The notes under the pieces: model-generated
What the model was told of the DNA's origin: nothing
Databases searched by the model: none
The model's input: only the letters and a program-made list of their open reading frames with translations
Shown here: positions 25,218 through 34,194 of the stretch, piece after piece
Layout: each line of letters starts with the position of its first letter
Numbering within the stretch: the stretch's first letter is position 1
Assembly (NCBI GenBank): GCA_903915125.1
Contig: CAIWRR010000064.1
Coordinates: forward strand, 1-41,495
DNA: 41,495 nt
Direction: 5' to 3'
Source of the DNA: Candidatus Firestoneibacteriota bacterium
GTDB lineage: Bacteria > Oederibacteriota > D2-FULL-39-29 > CAIOVX01
Translations under genes and position numbers: made by a program

Positions 25218-27767
25218 ATGAGACATGTAGCAATAAGATTGGTGTGTGTTTCCCTCCTTTTCACAATCAATGCGGCTTTCGGGCAAACGTTTCATCAAAT
25301 AGGTCTATCCGGCGGCGGCGCCACCTATTATCCGGCCATTTCCCCTGTAAATAAGAACTTAATGTTCGCGAGTTGTGATATGTCAGGTTTCTACAAGAGT
25401 CAGGATACCGGTATGACCTGGAATCTTGTTGATTTTCATCAGCTAAACAGCTGTAATCAATGCTACCCCGCTTTTGATCCGACTGACCAATCTAAAATCT
25501 ATAACGCATCTAAAGCTATTCTTAAAATCAGCAGCGACGCAGGAAGCACCTGGTCTACCGTGCGATCATACTCACCGGATAGCGCGATTTACAGGCTATA
25601 TGTCGACCCGTTTAGTCCGAGCGTAATCTACGCTGGGACAAACGCCGCAATTTATAAAAACAGCACGAAATGCACTGACATCACGGATTCGGCCCCAGCA
25701 GCCGGTTTCTACATATCCAATTCGGGATCAAAGTACGAGTATGCGGCAACAGCAAAAAACATCTGGCGCTCAGGCAACGACGGCGCAAACTGGGCAGTTA
25801 AAAGTCCGGCAGGCCCATCCGGTTTGAACAGTTTCTGCGGCGGGAGCAATGGCGTTACCACGAGACTGTACTGCACGGGAACCGACGGAAAGGTTTATGT
25901 TTCCGTTACTAACGGCGATAACTGGGCTGCCGCTTCCACTTCGGGCATTCCACTGACAGACAGGGGGTATCTATATTCGGTCGTTTGCGCTGAAACCAAT
26001 CCCGATGTTGCCTACGCAATGGTCAACAATGCCGCGGTTTCCTGGGATCTGAATATTTATAAGACTTCAGACGGAGGGAACAGCTGGACCAATGTTTTTA
26101 TTGCTAATCCTTTTGCCTGGCAATCAAGTCCTCCGGCAGATCCGCCGGGAGACAACGTTACGCTCGGCTGGCAGGCATATGATGAGCCGGGATGGAACAG
26201 CACTTTTACCTACGGCTTTTATGCCTGCAGGACTGATCCAAATTATGTGATTGGAGCCGGCGGAGGAGAGGTTTACCTTACAACCGACGGAGGCGCCACC
26301 TGGAACGGAGTCTATGTTAAATACGCCGATACCGGAACGCGCGGCAAGCACAAAAAATGGCAGAGCAACGGGCTGAATGTAACAACAGTCTGGAATTATT
26401 ACATACATCCGGCGGACTCGACGAAACACTATATTTGCTATACCGATATAGGACTGGCGCAGAGCAATGACAGCGGTCTGACCTGGTTCTCTTCTTGGAC
26501 CGGAACTCCTTTTCCCAACACTTTCTACGATCTGGCTTTTGATCCCAATTCACCCGGCACAATATATGGCGCTGGTTCTGCGGATCACGACATACCTACC
26601 GGCTGGGGGCAATCACAGGACACGCCGGATTATCCGGGCGGTCCGGTCATTAGCGCAGATTACGGCAAGACCTGGGCGGCAATGAGTTTTTCAGGCTTGA
26701 CGACGAAGATCTGGTCTCAGGGAACCTATCCCTATCCCTGCACAGGTATAGCGGTGGATACCGCGGGGACAGCCCTTTATATAACTCAATACGGCGATGG
26801 AGTTTATAAGTCCGTAAAGAGCGGCGGAGTTTGGGGCGCCTGGACCAAATTAAATGTTCCTGCCATAAACAATAACAATCACTTCTACAAAATTAAAGTT
26901 CACAAAGACGGGACAATCTTTGCCGGGTTGGTTGGGAGGATCACTTATAGCGGAGGAACGTGGGGTTCCGGCAGCTGGCAGACTCCTGATGCCGGAGCTG
27001 TTTATGTGTCCAAGGACGGCGGCACCACATGGAGTAATATCGCTCAGAATGTTTATTTGGGAGGTCCTTTGTACAATACAAGGCTTTTCGAGGCGGATCC
27101 GGAGAACAGCAATATTGTTTATCTCTGCGCGGCTGCATCGCGGAACGGCTCTGATTACGGCGTGTACAAAACCGTTAATGGCGGAGTTTCCTGGAGCAAG
27201 TTCACTTTTACCGGCACATATAATCAAACCTATGGAATGGCAACGCCGGAAACCGTCAGCATTGACCCGTCTAATACTGCGGTGCTCTACTTATCCTCAA
27301 ATGATAACAGCCTTTGGAAGAGCCCTGACGGAGGCATTACCTGGTCAGCGGTTTCTTTCCCGTTTCTTCCAATTGATAATGTAAGAGTCGATTCGGCAAA
27401 TGACTCCATATATATATGCTCCTATGGCTGCGGGGTTTGGACAAGCTCGCAGGGCGTTACGTTGCCGCCTCCGACAGGCGGGACTACAACTATAAACTCT
27501 GTGGTTTTTCCCAATCCCTGCAATCTTTCAGAGGGCAAGAGCGTTAAGATTGCGTCTATTTCTCTCCAGCCGACTGCACTCGAGATTTATAATAGCAGCG
27601 GCGCGCTTGTCAGGCGGCTGACGGTGTTCTCACAGGACGCGAATGGATTTTTTGTTGTTTGGGACGGGAAGAACAGCAATGGAGATATGGTCGCGCGTGG
27701 AATTTACCTCTATTCCATAATGTCGCCTGCAGGCAAAAAGACAGGAAAGATTGGTATAATTAAGTGA
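25218..27767 (+). CDS. Secreted BNR/Asp-box beta-propeller protein (GH74/VPS10-like) with FlgD-Ig / T9SS-type-A-like C-terminal domain
   Basis: Signal peptide; many S/T-x-D-G-G-x-T/S-W repeats; GGG...CDMSG and YTDIG motifs; tail FPNP...IYN..G.LVR.L...WDGKN..G..VA.GIY.Y. Confidence 0.85.
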   Translation: MRHVAIRLVCVSLLFTINAAFGQTFHQIGLSGGGATYYPAISPVNKNLMFASCDMSGFYKSQDTGMTWNLVDFHQLNSCNQCYPAFDPTDQSKIYNASKAILKISSDAGSTWSTVRSYSPDSAIYRLYVDPFSPSVIYAGTNAAIYKNSTKCTDITDSAPAAGFYISNSGSKYEYAATAKNIWRSGNDGANWAVKSPAGPSGLNSFCGGSNGVTTRLYCTGTDGKVYVSVTNGDNWAAASTSGIPLTDRGYLYSVVCAETNPDVAYAMVNNAAVSWDLNIYKTSDGGNSWTNVFIANPFAWQSSPPADPPGDNVTLGWQAYDEPGWNSTFTYGFYACRTDPNYVIGAGGGEVYLTTDGGATWNGVYVKYADTGTRGKHKKWQSNGLNVTTVWNYYIHPADSTKHYICYTDIGLAQSNDSGLTWFSSWTGTPFPNTFYDLAFDPNSPGTIYGAGSADHDIPTGWGQSQDTPDYPGGPVISADYGKTWAAMSFSGLTTKIWSQGTYPYPCTGIAVDTAGTALYITQYGDGVYKSVKSGGVWGAWTKLNVPAINNNNHFYKIKVHKDGTIFAGLVGRITYSGGTWGSGSWQTPDAGAVYVSKDGGTTWSNIAQNVYLGGPLYNTRLFEADPENSNIVYLCAAASRNGSDYGVYKTVNGGVSWSKFTFTGTYNQTYGMATPETVSIDPSNTAVLYLSSNDNSLWKSPDGGITWSAVSFPFLPIDNVRVDSANDSIYICSYGCGVWTSSQGVTLPPPTGGTTTINSVVFPNPCNLSEGKSVKIASISLQPTALEIYNSSGALVRRLTVFSQDANGFFVVWDGKNSNGDMVARGIYLYSIMSPAGKKTGKIGIIK

Positions 27768-27854
27768 TTATCGGTGAAGAAATATTCCAAAGAAAAATGC
27801 TTTTATGATAAAATGTTAAAGAGGTTAAATCCTGTTATATTTAAGGGAGGAGGC

Positions 27855-28388
27855 ATGAAAATGGGCTGCTTTATGTTTAGCGCGGTATTCTGGGGCGTAA
27901 TAGTAGTAGTAATCGGACTCTCAATAATTTCAAATGCATTTGGCATAAAAATACCAATCATGAAGATCATGCTTGGTTTGCTCTTTGTTTACATGGGGAT
28001 GTCTATGCTTACGAGCGGATTTGGCTGCAAGGCAAAGTGCAAATCCTTTATGAGCGACCTAAAGGTTGATCCGTCTGATGCCAAAGAAGGCGAGTACTCG
28101 GTAATCTTCGGAAAGGGAGAGGTGGATTTAACCGCGCTTTTGCCAAAACAAAACGGGGAAGCGGTTAAAGTAAAGACCATCTTTGGAGAGAGTCATATTA
28201 AAATTGATCCGTTGAAACCTTTTAGGATAAAAATAAAAGCAGTCTTTGCAGGCGCGAGCACGCCCGACGGGAATGTTGTTTCGTTCGGGGAGTATACCTA
28301 TAATACCGAAGCTGCGAAGAATTCAGAAAATGTTATCAGCGTTGAAGTGAGCACGGTATTTGGCGGAGTAAAGATAACCGATAAGTGA
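27855..28388 (+). CDS. LiaF-like membrane protein (N-terminal TM segments plus beta-rich C-terminal domain)
   Basis: FWG..VV.IGL N-terminus; repeated IFG....DL, IFG, VFA, VFGGV motifs; ATG 27855 after GGAGG. Confidence 0.7.
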   Translation: MKMGCFMFSAVFWGVIVVVIGLSIISNAFGIKIPIMKIMLGLLFVYMGMSMLTSGFGCKAKCKSFMSDLKVDPSDAKEGEYSVIFGKGEVDLTALLPKQNGEAVKVKTIFGESHIKIDPLKPFRIKIKAVFAGASTPDGNVVSFGEYTYNTEAAKNSENVISVEVSTVFGGVKITDK

Positions 28389-28413
28389 TTTGTTTCCGTG
28401 TGTCTAAAGGATT

Positions 28414-29304
28414 ATGAAAAAAGTTTTCTTGCTGCTGCTTTTAATAACGGCGTCTCTGGCCGCCGGGAAAATTAAGGTAATCACGAGTATATTTCCTGTT
28501 TATGACCTTTCAAGGCAGGTCGGCGGAGAGCTTTGTGATGTATCGATGTTGATACCTCCCGGCATAGAAGCGCATTCCTATGAACCTACTCCTAAGCAAA
28601 TAGCCGGGCTGGGAAAATGCGACCTATTGATTTATACCAATCCATATATGGAACCATGGATAGCGAAGGCAGCGCGGGGTGCAGGGGTTAAATCCGAAGA
28701 TCTGGTAAATTCCTGCGAGAATGTTGCTCTGCTGAGCGGAACAAATGATGAAGAAGCTGATCATCATGGCCATGGTGGAAAGGACCCTCACGCCTGGCTT
28801 GATATAGAGAATGCCGCGAAGATGACGGAAACCATTGCGTCGGCATTTGAAAGAAAGGATCCTGCGAACGCATTGCAGTACCGCCGCAACGCTAAGCTCT
28901 ATATAAAAGCGCTTCTCGATTTTGACTCTGCAGCGAAGAAATCAATCTCGGGTTTTAGGAAGAAGAAATTCTATTTCGCCGGGCATTTTGCCTATGGCTA
29001 TTTCGTAAACCGCTATGGGTTGAGCTACACTTCACCTTTTAAGGGCTTTTCTCCGGACGCAGAACCTACGCCTAAAGCTCTCGCGAAGATGTCTGAGCAG
29101 ATAAAAAAGGACGGTACAACCATTATTTACAGGGAAGAGCTGCTTTCTTCGAGGCTCGCGGACGCTCTTGCTTCCGAAGGCGGGTTGACTGTGCTTGAAC
29201 TCTCAGCCGCGCACAATGTTTCCAAGAAAGAACTGGAAAAGGGCGTAACTTTTCTGTCCATACTTAGCAATAATCTGAACAATCTTGAACGGGGGCTAAA
29301 GTGA
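28414..29304 (+). CDS. znuA: Zn/Mn ABC transporter substrate-binding protein
   Basis: EAHSYEPTP, His-rich loop followed by DPHAWL, HFAYGYF..RYGL, AEPTP. Confidence 0.9.
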   Translation: MKKVFLLLLLITASLAAGKIKVITSIFPVYDLSRQVGGELCDVSMLIPPGIEAHSYEPTPKQIAGLGKCDLLIYTNPYMEPWIAKAARGAGVKSEDLVNSCENVALLSGTNDEEADHHGHGGKDPHAWLDIENAAKMTETIASAFERKDPANALQYRRNAKLYIKALLDFDSAAKKSISGFRKKKFYFAGHFAYGYFVNRYGLSYTSPFKGFSPDAEPTPKALAKMSEQIKKDGTTIIYREELLSSRLADALASEGGLTVLELSAAHNVSKKELEKGVTFLSILSNNLNNLERGLK

Positions 29305-30083
29305 GCGTTGTCGAATTCAAGAAGGTCACATATATCGCTTCAGGGAAAGCTGTCCTGGACAACATAAGTTTTACTGTTTCTCAAGGAAACTTTGTCGGTA
29401 TTGTAGGCCAGAATGGCAGCGGAAAGACTACCCTCATCAAGACTCTCCTGGGCTTGTTGGAAAAATCTTCCGGAGAGGTGAAACTATTCGGAGAAAACCC
29501 GGCGCGTTTCAGAGACTGGAAAAAAGTCGGCTACATACCGCAAAAAGTCATGACAGGCGAGAACAGATTCCCATTGACTGCGTCCGAAGCAGTGGGTCTG
29601 GGGCTGCTTTCAGGGATGAAAAGCCCGAAATCGATAGACTCCGCGGATAGAGCTAAAGTTAAAGCAACTCTGGAAACACTAAATATTACCGGAATAGCGG
29701 ACAAACTTGTAGGGAGCCTCTCGGGAGGGCAGCAGCAGCGCGTTATGCTGGCCAGAGCCCTTGTGAATGACCCTGAACTTCTGGTTCTTGATGAACCGAC
29801 CGCCGCGCTTGATGTCTCGGCCGGAGAAGCCTTTATGAAACTGATCAGAGACCTCAACGAAATGCGCAAAGTTACGGTTCTGTTGGTTACCCATGATATA
29901 GCTAACATCGGTAAATACGCCGATAAGATGCTTTATATTGACAACAAAATGGTTTTTTTCGGCACCTTCGGGGATTTCTGCGTCTCACCGGATGCGGCGC
30001 TCTATTTTGGAAAGTACGCGCAGCATATTATCTGTCACAGGCATGACCATGAAAGGGCGGAAGGAGTTGCGCGCGATGTTTGA
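29301..30083 (+). CDS. znuC: Metal ABC transporter ATP-binding protein
   Basis: GQNGSGKTT, GYIPQ, LSGGQQQR, LDEPT, VTHD, His-rich C-terminus; GTGA overlap. Confidence 0.9.
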   Translation: MSVVEFKKVTYIASGKAVLDNISFTVSQGNFVGIVGQNGSGKTTLIKTLLGLLEKSSGEVKLFGENPARFRDWKKVGYIPQKVMTGENRFPLTASEAVGLGLLSGMKSPKSIDSADRAKVKATLETLNITGIADKLVGSLSGGQQQRVMLARALVNDPELLVLDEPTAALDVSAGEAFMKLIRDLNEMRKVTVLLVTHDIANIGKYADKMLYIDNKMVFFGTFGDFCVSPDAALYFGKYAQHIICHRHDHERAEGVARDV

Positions 30084-30882
30084 GGCTTTACACTACTCTT
30101 TTATACAGAAGGCGCTGCTTGCGGGCGGATTTATTTCGGTGCTCTGCGCCGTCCTTGGGGTATTTCTGGTCTTAAAAAAATTCTCGCTTATAGGCGACGG
30201 GCTCTCGCACGTGACTTTTTTCTCCATAGCCCTCGGACTCTTCTTTAAAACCTCGCCGTTGTATGTGTCTGTGCCCGTAGTTGCCGTCTCTTCACTCGGT
30301 ATCTTAAAACTTACCGAGAAAGGGAAAGTTTTCGGCGACACGGCAATTGGCATTGTTTCTTCATTGGGTATTGCAGGAGGCGTGATAATTGCCAGCCTTT
30401 CCGGAGGGTTCAATCTGGACTTGATGAGCTACCTTTTCGGAAGTATCCTGACAATACAATGGGCAGAAGTAGTCCTTTCGGTGGCACTTTCTGCGCTTGT
30501 CATAGCCCTGGTAATCTTTTATTATCACGACCTGGTGGCGGCTACTTTTGACGAAGAATCAGCAAAAGTTATGGGAATAAACACAGGGCGGGTAAATAAG
30601 GTGCTGGTGCTCCTGACTTCGCTTACAGTAGTTCTTTCGATGCGCATAGTCGGGATTATGCTGGTTTCGAGTTTTCTGATAATCCCGGCGGCTTCAGCCC
30701 TTCAGCTCGGTCTCAGCTTCAGGTCAACCATACTGGCCTCCGCTGCGTTCGGTTTTGTTTCCGTCATAAGCGGGATATTCATTTCCTACGCAGCTGACAT
30801 TCCGGCCGGCGCTTCAATAGTAATGGTGAGCTTCCTGCTATTCTGCGCTGCTTTTGGTTTAAGGAAGGTTACCGGGAGATGA
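30076..30882 (+). CDS. znuB: Metal ABC transporter permease
   Basis: LGVFLVL...SLIGDGLSH, SYLFGSIL, FDEESA, VG..LV..LIIPAA.A; ATG 30076 after AAGGAG. Confidence 0.92.
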   Translation: MFEALHYSFIQKALLAGGFISVLCAVLGVFLVLKKFSLIGDGLSHVTFFSIALGLFFKTSPLYVSVPVVAVSSLGILKLTEKGKVFGDTAIGIVSSLGIAGGVIIASLSGGFNLDLMSYLFGSILTIQWAEVVLSVALSALVIALVIFYYHDLVAATFDEESAKVMGINTGRVNKVLVLLTSLTVVLSMRIVGIMLVSSFLIIPAASALQLGLSFRSTILASAAFGFVSVISGIFISYAADIPAGASIVMVSFLLFCAAFGLRKVTGR

Positions 30883-32102
30883 TAGAAAAAACAGAAGCCC
30901 TTGAGCGCCTCCTGCAGGTTGGCATAGCGCTTTCCAGCATGGAAAATCTTGACAGCCTGCTGGACCTGATACTGATGGAAGCGCAGGGAATTATGAGCTG
31001 CGACGGCGCTTCCATATTTCTTGTGGAAAATAACAAGCTAATATTCAAAGCTATGCGCTCAGGCACGTATTTTAAAATGTGGGGAGAGGAAAAAACAAGA
31101 GCAATATTTAAAACTTTTGAAATGCCGCTGACAAAAAACAGCATCGCCGGTTATGTGGCCTTAACGGCAACCGCTCTTAATATCTCTGATGTGTCGCGTA
31201 TACCGGCGGGCGAGCAGTACAGGTACGACCACACTTTGGACGAGCGATACGGGTATAAGACCGTTTCTTTACTGGTTATGCCGATTAAGAACAAGCAGAA
31301 TGAGGTTGTAGGCGTACTGGAAATGATAAATGCAGTTGAAAATGGGAAGGTCACGCAATTCAGCAGCGTAGATACGGAGATAGCGGAATCATTTTCTTCA
31401 CAGGCCGGAGTCGCGATACAAAATACCAGCCTGACCGAACAGCTAAGGGAAGCAAATTATGACACCATTTTCAGGCTTTCGGTCGCCGCGGAATATAAAG
31501 ATAAGGAAACCTCAAACCATATTAAAAGAGTAAGTTTCTATGCAAGGTTGATAGCCGACAGGCTCAGATATTGCTCGGAAGACTGCAAGCTCATCTTTTG
31601 GGCCGCGCCGATGCATGATATCGGGAAGCTCGGAATACCCGATGCAATACTCCAGAAGCCTGGGCCGCTTAGTCCCGAAGAACGCAAGAAAATTGAGAAG
31701 CATTGTGTAATAGGCGCGAAAGTGCTAAAAGATTCAAAGGTCCCCGTGATCCTTAAATCCAAGGTTGTAGCTTTGACCCATCATGAGAAATACGACGGCA
31801 CCGGATATCCTTTAAAGTTGAAAGGCAATGAGATACCGGTCGAAGGCAGGCTGGTAGCTATAGCGGATGTTTTCGATGCGCTGACAAGCAAGCGTGTTTA
31901 CAAAGCACAGCTTCCTGAAGATCAGGCTTTAAAAATCATGAAGGAAGGCAGAGGCACTCATTTTGACCCTGAAATGCTTGATTGTTTTTTTGACAGTATT
32001 GATGATGTCAGCGAAATCAGGAGTAGGTATGAGGATAAGGCTGAAGATATTGACAGACTGAAAGAAGTTGAGAATGAAGATCTTAAAGAATTGCTTAAGT
32101 AA
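30879..32102 (+). CDS. GAF + HD-GYP domain protein (cyclic dinucleotide phosphodiesterase)
   Basis: GAF domain (SIAGYVA, D...GY.T.S.L..P), then ET.NH..R, MHDIGK, HHEKYDGTGYP, ADVFDALTSKR.YK. Confidence 0.92.
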   Translation: MIEKTEALERLLQVGIALSSMENLDSLLDLILMEAQGIMSCDGASIFLVENNKLIFKAMRSGTYFKMWGEEKTRAIFKTFEMPLTKNSIAGYVALTATALNISDVSRIPAGEQYRYDHTLDERYGYKTVSLLVMPIKNKQNEVVGVLEMINAVENGKVTQFSSVDTEIAESFSSQAGVAIQNTSLTEQLREANYDTIFRLSVAAEYKDKETSNHIKRVSFYARLIADRLRYCSEDCKLIFWAAPMHDIGKLGIPDAILQKPGPLSPEERKKIEKHCVIGAKVLKDSKVPVILKSKVVALTHHEKYDGTGYPLKLKGNEIPVEGRLVAIADVFDALTSKRVYKAQLPEDQALKIMKEGRGTHFDPEMLDCFFDSIDDVSEIRSRYEDKAEDIDRLKEVENEDLKELLK

Positions 32103-32123
32103 TTCAGGTGCACGGAGGTTTTT

Positions 32124-33080
32124 GTGGAAACTATAGTAACCGGAGGCGCGGGATTTATTGGCAGCTGTCTCATTGCGAAGCTTAATTCCGAAGGTATCAA
32201 CGATATAATTGTTGTCGACCGAATAGGCAAGTCGGACAGTTGGAAAAACCTGTCCGGAAAGAAAATAAACGACTATCTGGATATTGACGTCCTTCCGGAA
32301 TACTTGAAAAGGAAAAAGCCGGGGCTTATTCTTCACATGGGGGCCTGCTCTGCAACAACTGAGACGGATACCTCCTATCTTATGGAGAACAACTACAGGT
32401 ATACCCGCATGCTCGCCGAATATTCCGCGGCAAATAAAGTGCATTTCCTGTATGCGTCTTCCGGCGCGACTTATGGCGACGGTGCCTTTGGCTACAGCGA
32501 TGCGAACGAGGTTTCAAAAAAGCTGGCGCCGCTCAACGCATACGGCTATTCAAAACAGCTCTTTGACTTGTTTGCTATACGAACCGGACTTGACAGAAAG
32601 ATTACCGGTTTCAAGTTTTTCAATGTGTTTGGCCCGAATGAATATCACAAAGGCGATATGCGCAGTGTCATAGCAAAGGCCTTCCCCTCGATACTTGCGG
32701 GAGAGAAGATGAAACTTTTCAAGTCTTACCTGAAAGATTACAAAGACGGCGAACAGAAAAGGGATTTTGTCTATATAAAAGACGCCGTTGAGATGGTTTG
32801 GTATTTTGTTGAGCATCCGGAGAAAAAAGGAATCTTCAATATAGGGACAGGAAAGGCGCGAAGCTGGAATGATCTCGCAACGGCGATGTTTACGGCTGCC
32901 GGAAGAAAACAGCAGATAGAATACATTGCGATGCCTGAAAGTCTGCGCGATAAGTACCAGTATTTTACGCAAGCCGACGTTTCGAAGCTGCAAAAGAGCG
33001 GCTGCGCTCATAAATGCATGGAGCTTGAAGAATCTGTGAAAGATTATGCTTCGTACCTTGCTGCCGGCAGGTATATCTGA
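32124..33080 (+). CDS. hldD: ADP-L-glycero-D-manno-heptose 6-epimerase
   Basis: TGGAGFIGS, HMGACSATTE, YASS.ATYG, PLNAYGYSK, FFNVFGPNEYHKG.M.S, YQYFTQA. Confidence 0.94.
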   Translation: METIVTGGAGFIGSCLIAKLNSEGINDIIVVDRIGKSDSWKNLSGKKINDYLDIDVLPEYLKRKKPGLILHMGACSATTETDTSYLMENNYRYTRMLAEYSAANKVHFLYASSGATYGDGAFGYSDANEVSKKLAPLNAYGYSKQLFDLFAIRTGLDRKITGFKFFNVFGPNEYHKGDMRSVIAKAFPSILAGEKMKLFKSYLKDYKDGEQKRDFVYIKDAVEMVWYFVEHPEKKGIFNIGTGKARSWNDLATAMFTAAGRKQQIEYIAMPESLRDKYQYFTQADVSKLQKSGCAHKCMELEESVKDYASYLAAGRYI

Positions 33081-33112
33081 AGGGCGTGAAATCAGCGATT
33101 AACGGAGGGTAA

Positions 33113-34153
33113 TTGGCTAAATATTTTATTTCGGGGGGGGCGGGATTTCTGGGAATAAATCTTATCCGCTGCCTATTGGATAAAGGTGAAGATGTCGTTT
33201 CTTACGATGTTCTGCCTTTCGATTACCCTGATGCAAAGGACCGGATCACACACATAGTCGGGGACATCAGGGATGCAGGCCTTACTGAGAGGGCAATGCG
33301 GGGCTGCGATATAGCCGTGCATACTGCTGCCGCGCTTCCGCTTTACAGCAGCCGTGATATCTTGACCACCGATGTTGACGGCACGAAGAATATGCTCAGC
33401 GGAGCTTTTACAAACGGCATCAAACGGTTTGTGCACATATCTTCAACCGCAGTCTACGGTATTCCCGACCATCATCCTCTGCTCGAAAACGACAGGCTTG
33501 AAGGCGTGGGCCCCTACGGGAAAGCCAAGATACTTGCCGAAGAACTCTGTCTTGAATACAGAAAGAAAGGGATGTGTGTTCCCATAATCCGGCCTAAATC
33601 TTTCGTCGGACCTGAACGCCTTGGGGTTTTTGCGCTCTTTTATGACTGGGCTAAAGACGGGCGCGGTTTTCCCATGATAGGGAGCGGAAATAACCGCTAC
33701 CAGCTTCTTGATGTGGAAGATCTTTGCTCCGCCATCTGCCTGGCTGCAACCAAAGAAGAAATCATAGCAAACGATACCTATAACATCGGGGCTAAAGTCT
33801 TTACAACTATGAAGGAAGATTACCAGGCGGTTTTGGATAAAGCGGGGTTTGGAAAGAAGATTAAGGGTTTTCCTGCCTGGCCGCTAATAGCCGCGCTTCG
33901 AGTCCTGGAATTCTTCAAACTCTCTCCGCTCTATAAATGGGTATACGAAACTGCTTCCAAGGATTCTTTTGTTTCAATAGAGAAAGCCGAAAAGAAACTC
34001 GGGTATGCTCCAAAATTCTCAAACAAAGACGCCCTTCTAAGGAACTATGAATGGTATCTTGCCAACCTAAAGAGTTTTGAAGGAAAGAAGGGGGTCTCGC
34101 ACCGCTCGCCATGGAAACAAGGAATTCTCGGATTTGTGAAACTGCTCTTTTAG
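33113..34153 (+). CDS. NAD-dependent epimerase/dehydratase (extended SDR)
   Basis: GGAGFLG, HISSTAVYG, catalytic YGKAK; TTG start after GGAGG. Confidence 0.9.
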   Translation: MAKYFISGGAGFLGINLIRCLLDKGEDVVSYDVLPFDYPDAKDRITHIVGDIRDAGLTERAMRGCDIAVHTAAALPLYSSRDILTTDVDGTKNMLSGAFTNGIKRFVHISSTAVYGIPDHHPLLENDRLEGVGPYGKAKILAEELCLEYRKKGMCVPIIRPKSFVGPERLGVFALFYDWAKDGRGFPMIGSGNNRYQLLDVEDLCSAICLAATKEEIIANDTYNIGAKVFTTMKEDYQAVLDKAGFGKKIKGFPAWPLIAALRVLEFFKLSPLYKWVYETASKDSFVSIEKAEKKLGYAPKFSNKDALLRNYEWYLANLKSFEGKKGVSHRSPWKQGILGFVKLLF

Positions 34154-34194
34154 TTTATAAATCGGCTCCGCGCTAAAATAAAGGAAAAATATAT

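Noticed and set aside
28389-28413. Zur/Fur box upstream of znuA
   Set aside because: The 25-nt gap has no AT-rich palindrome.
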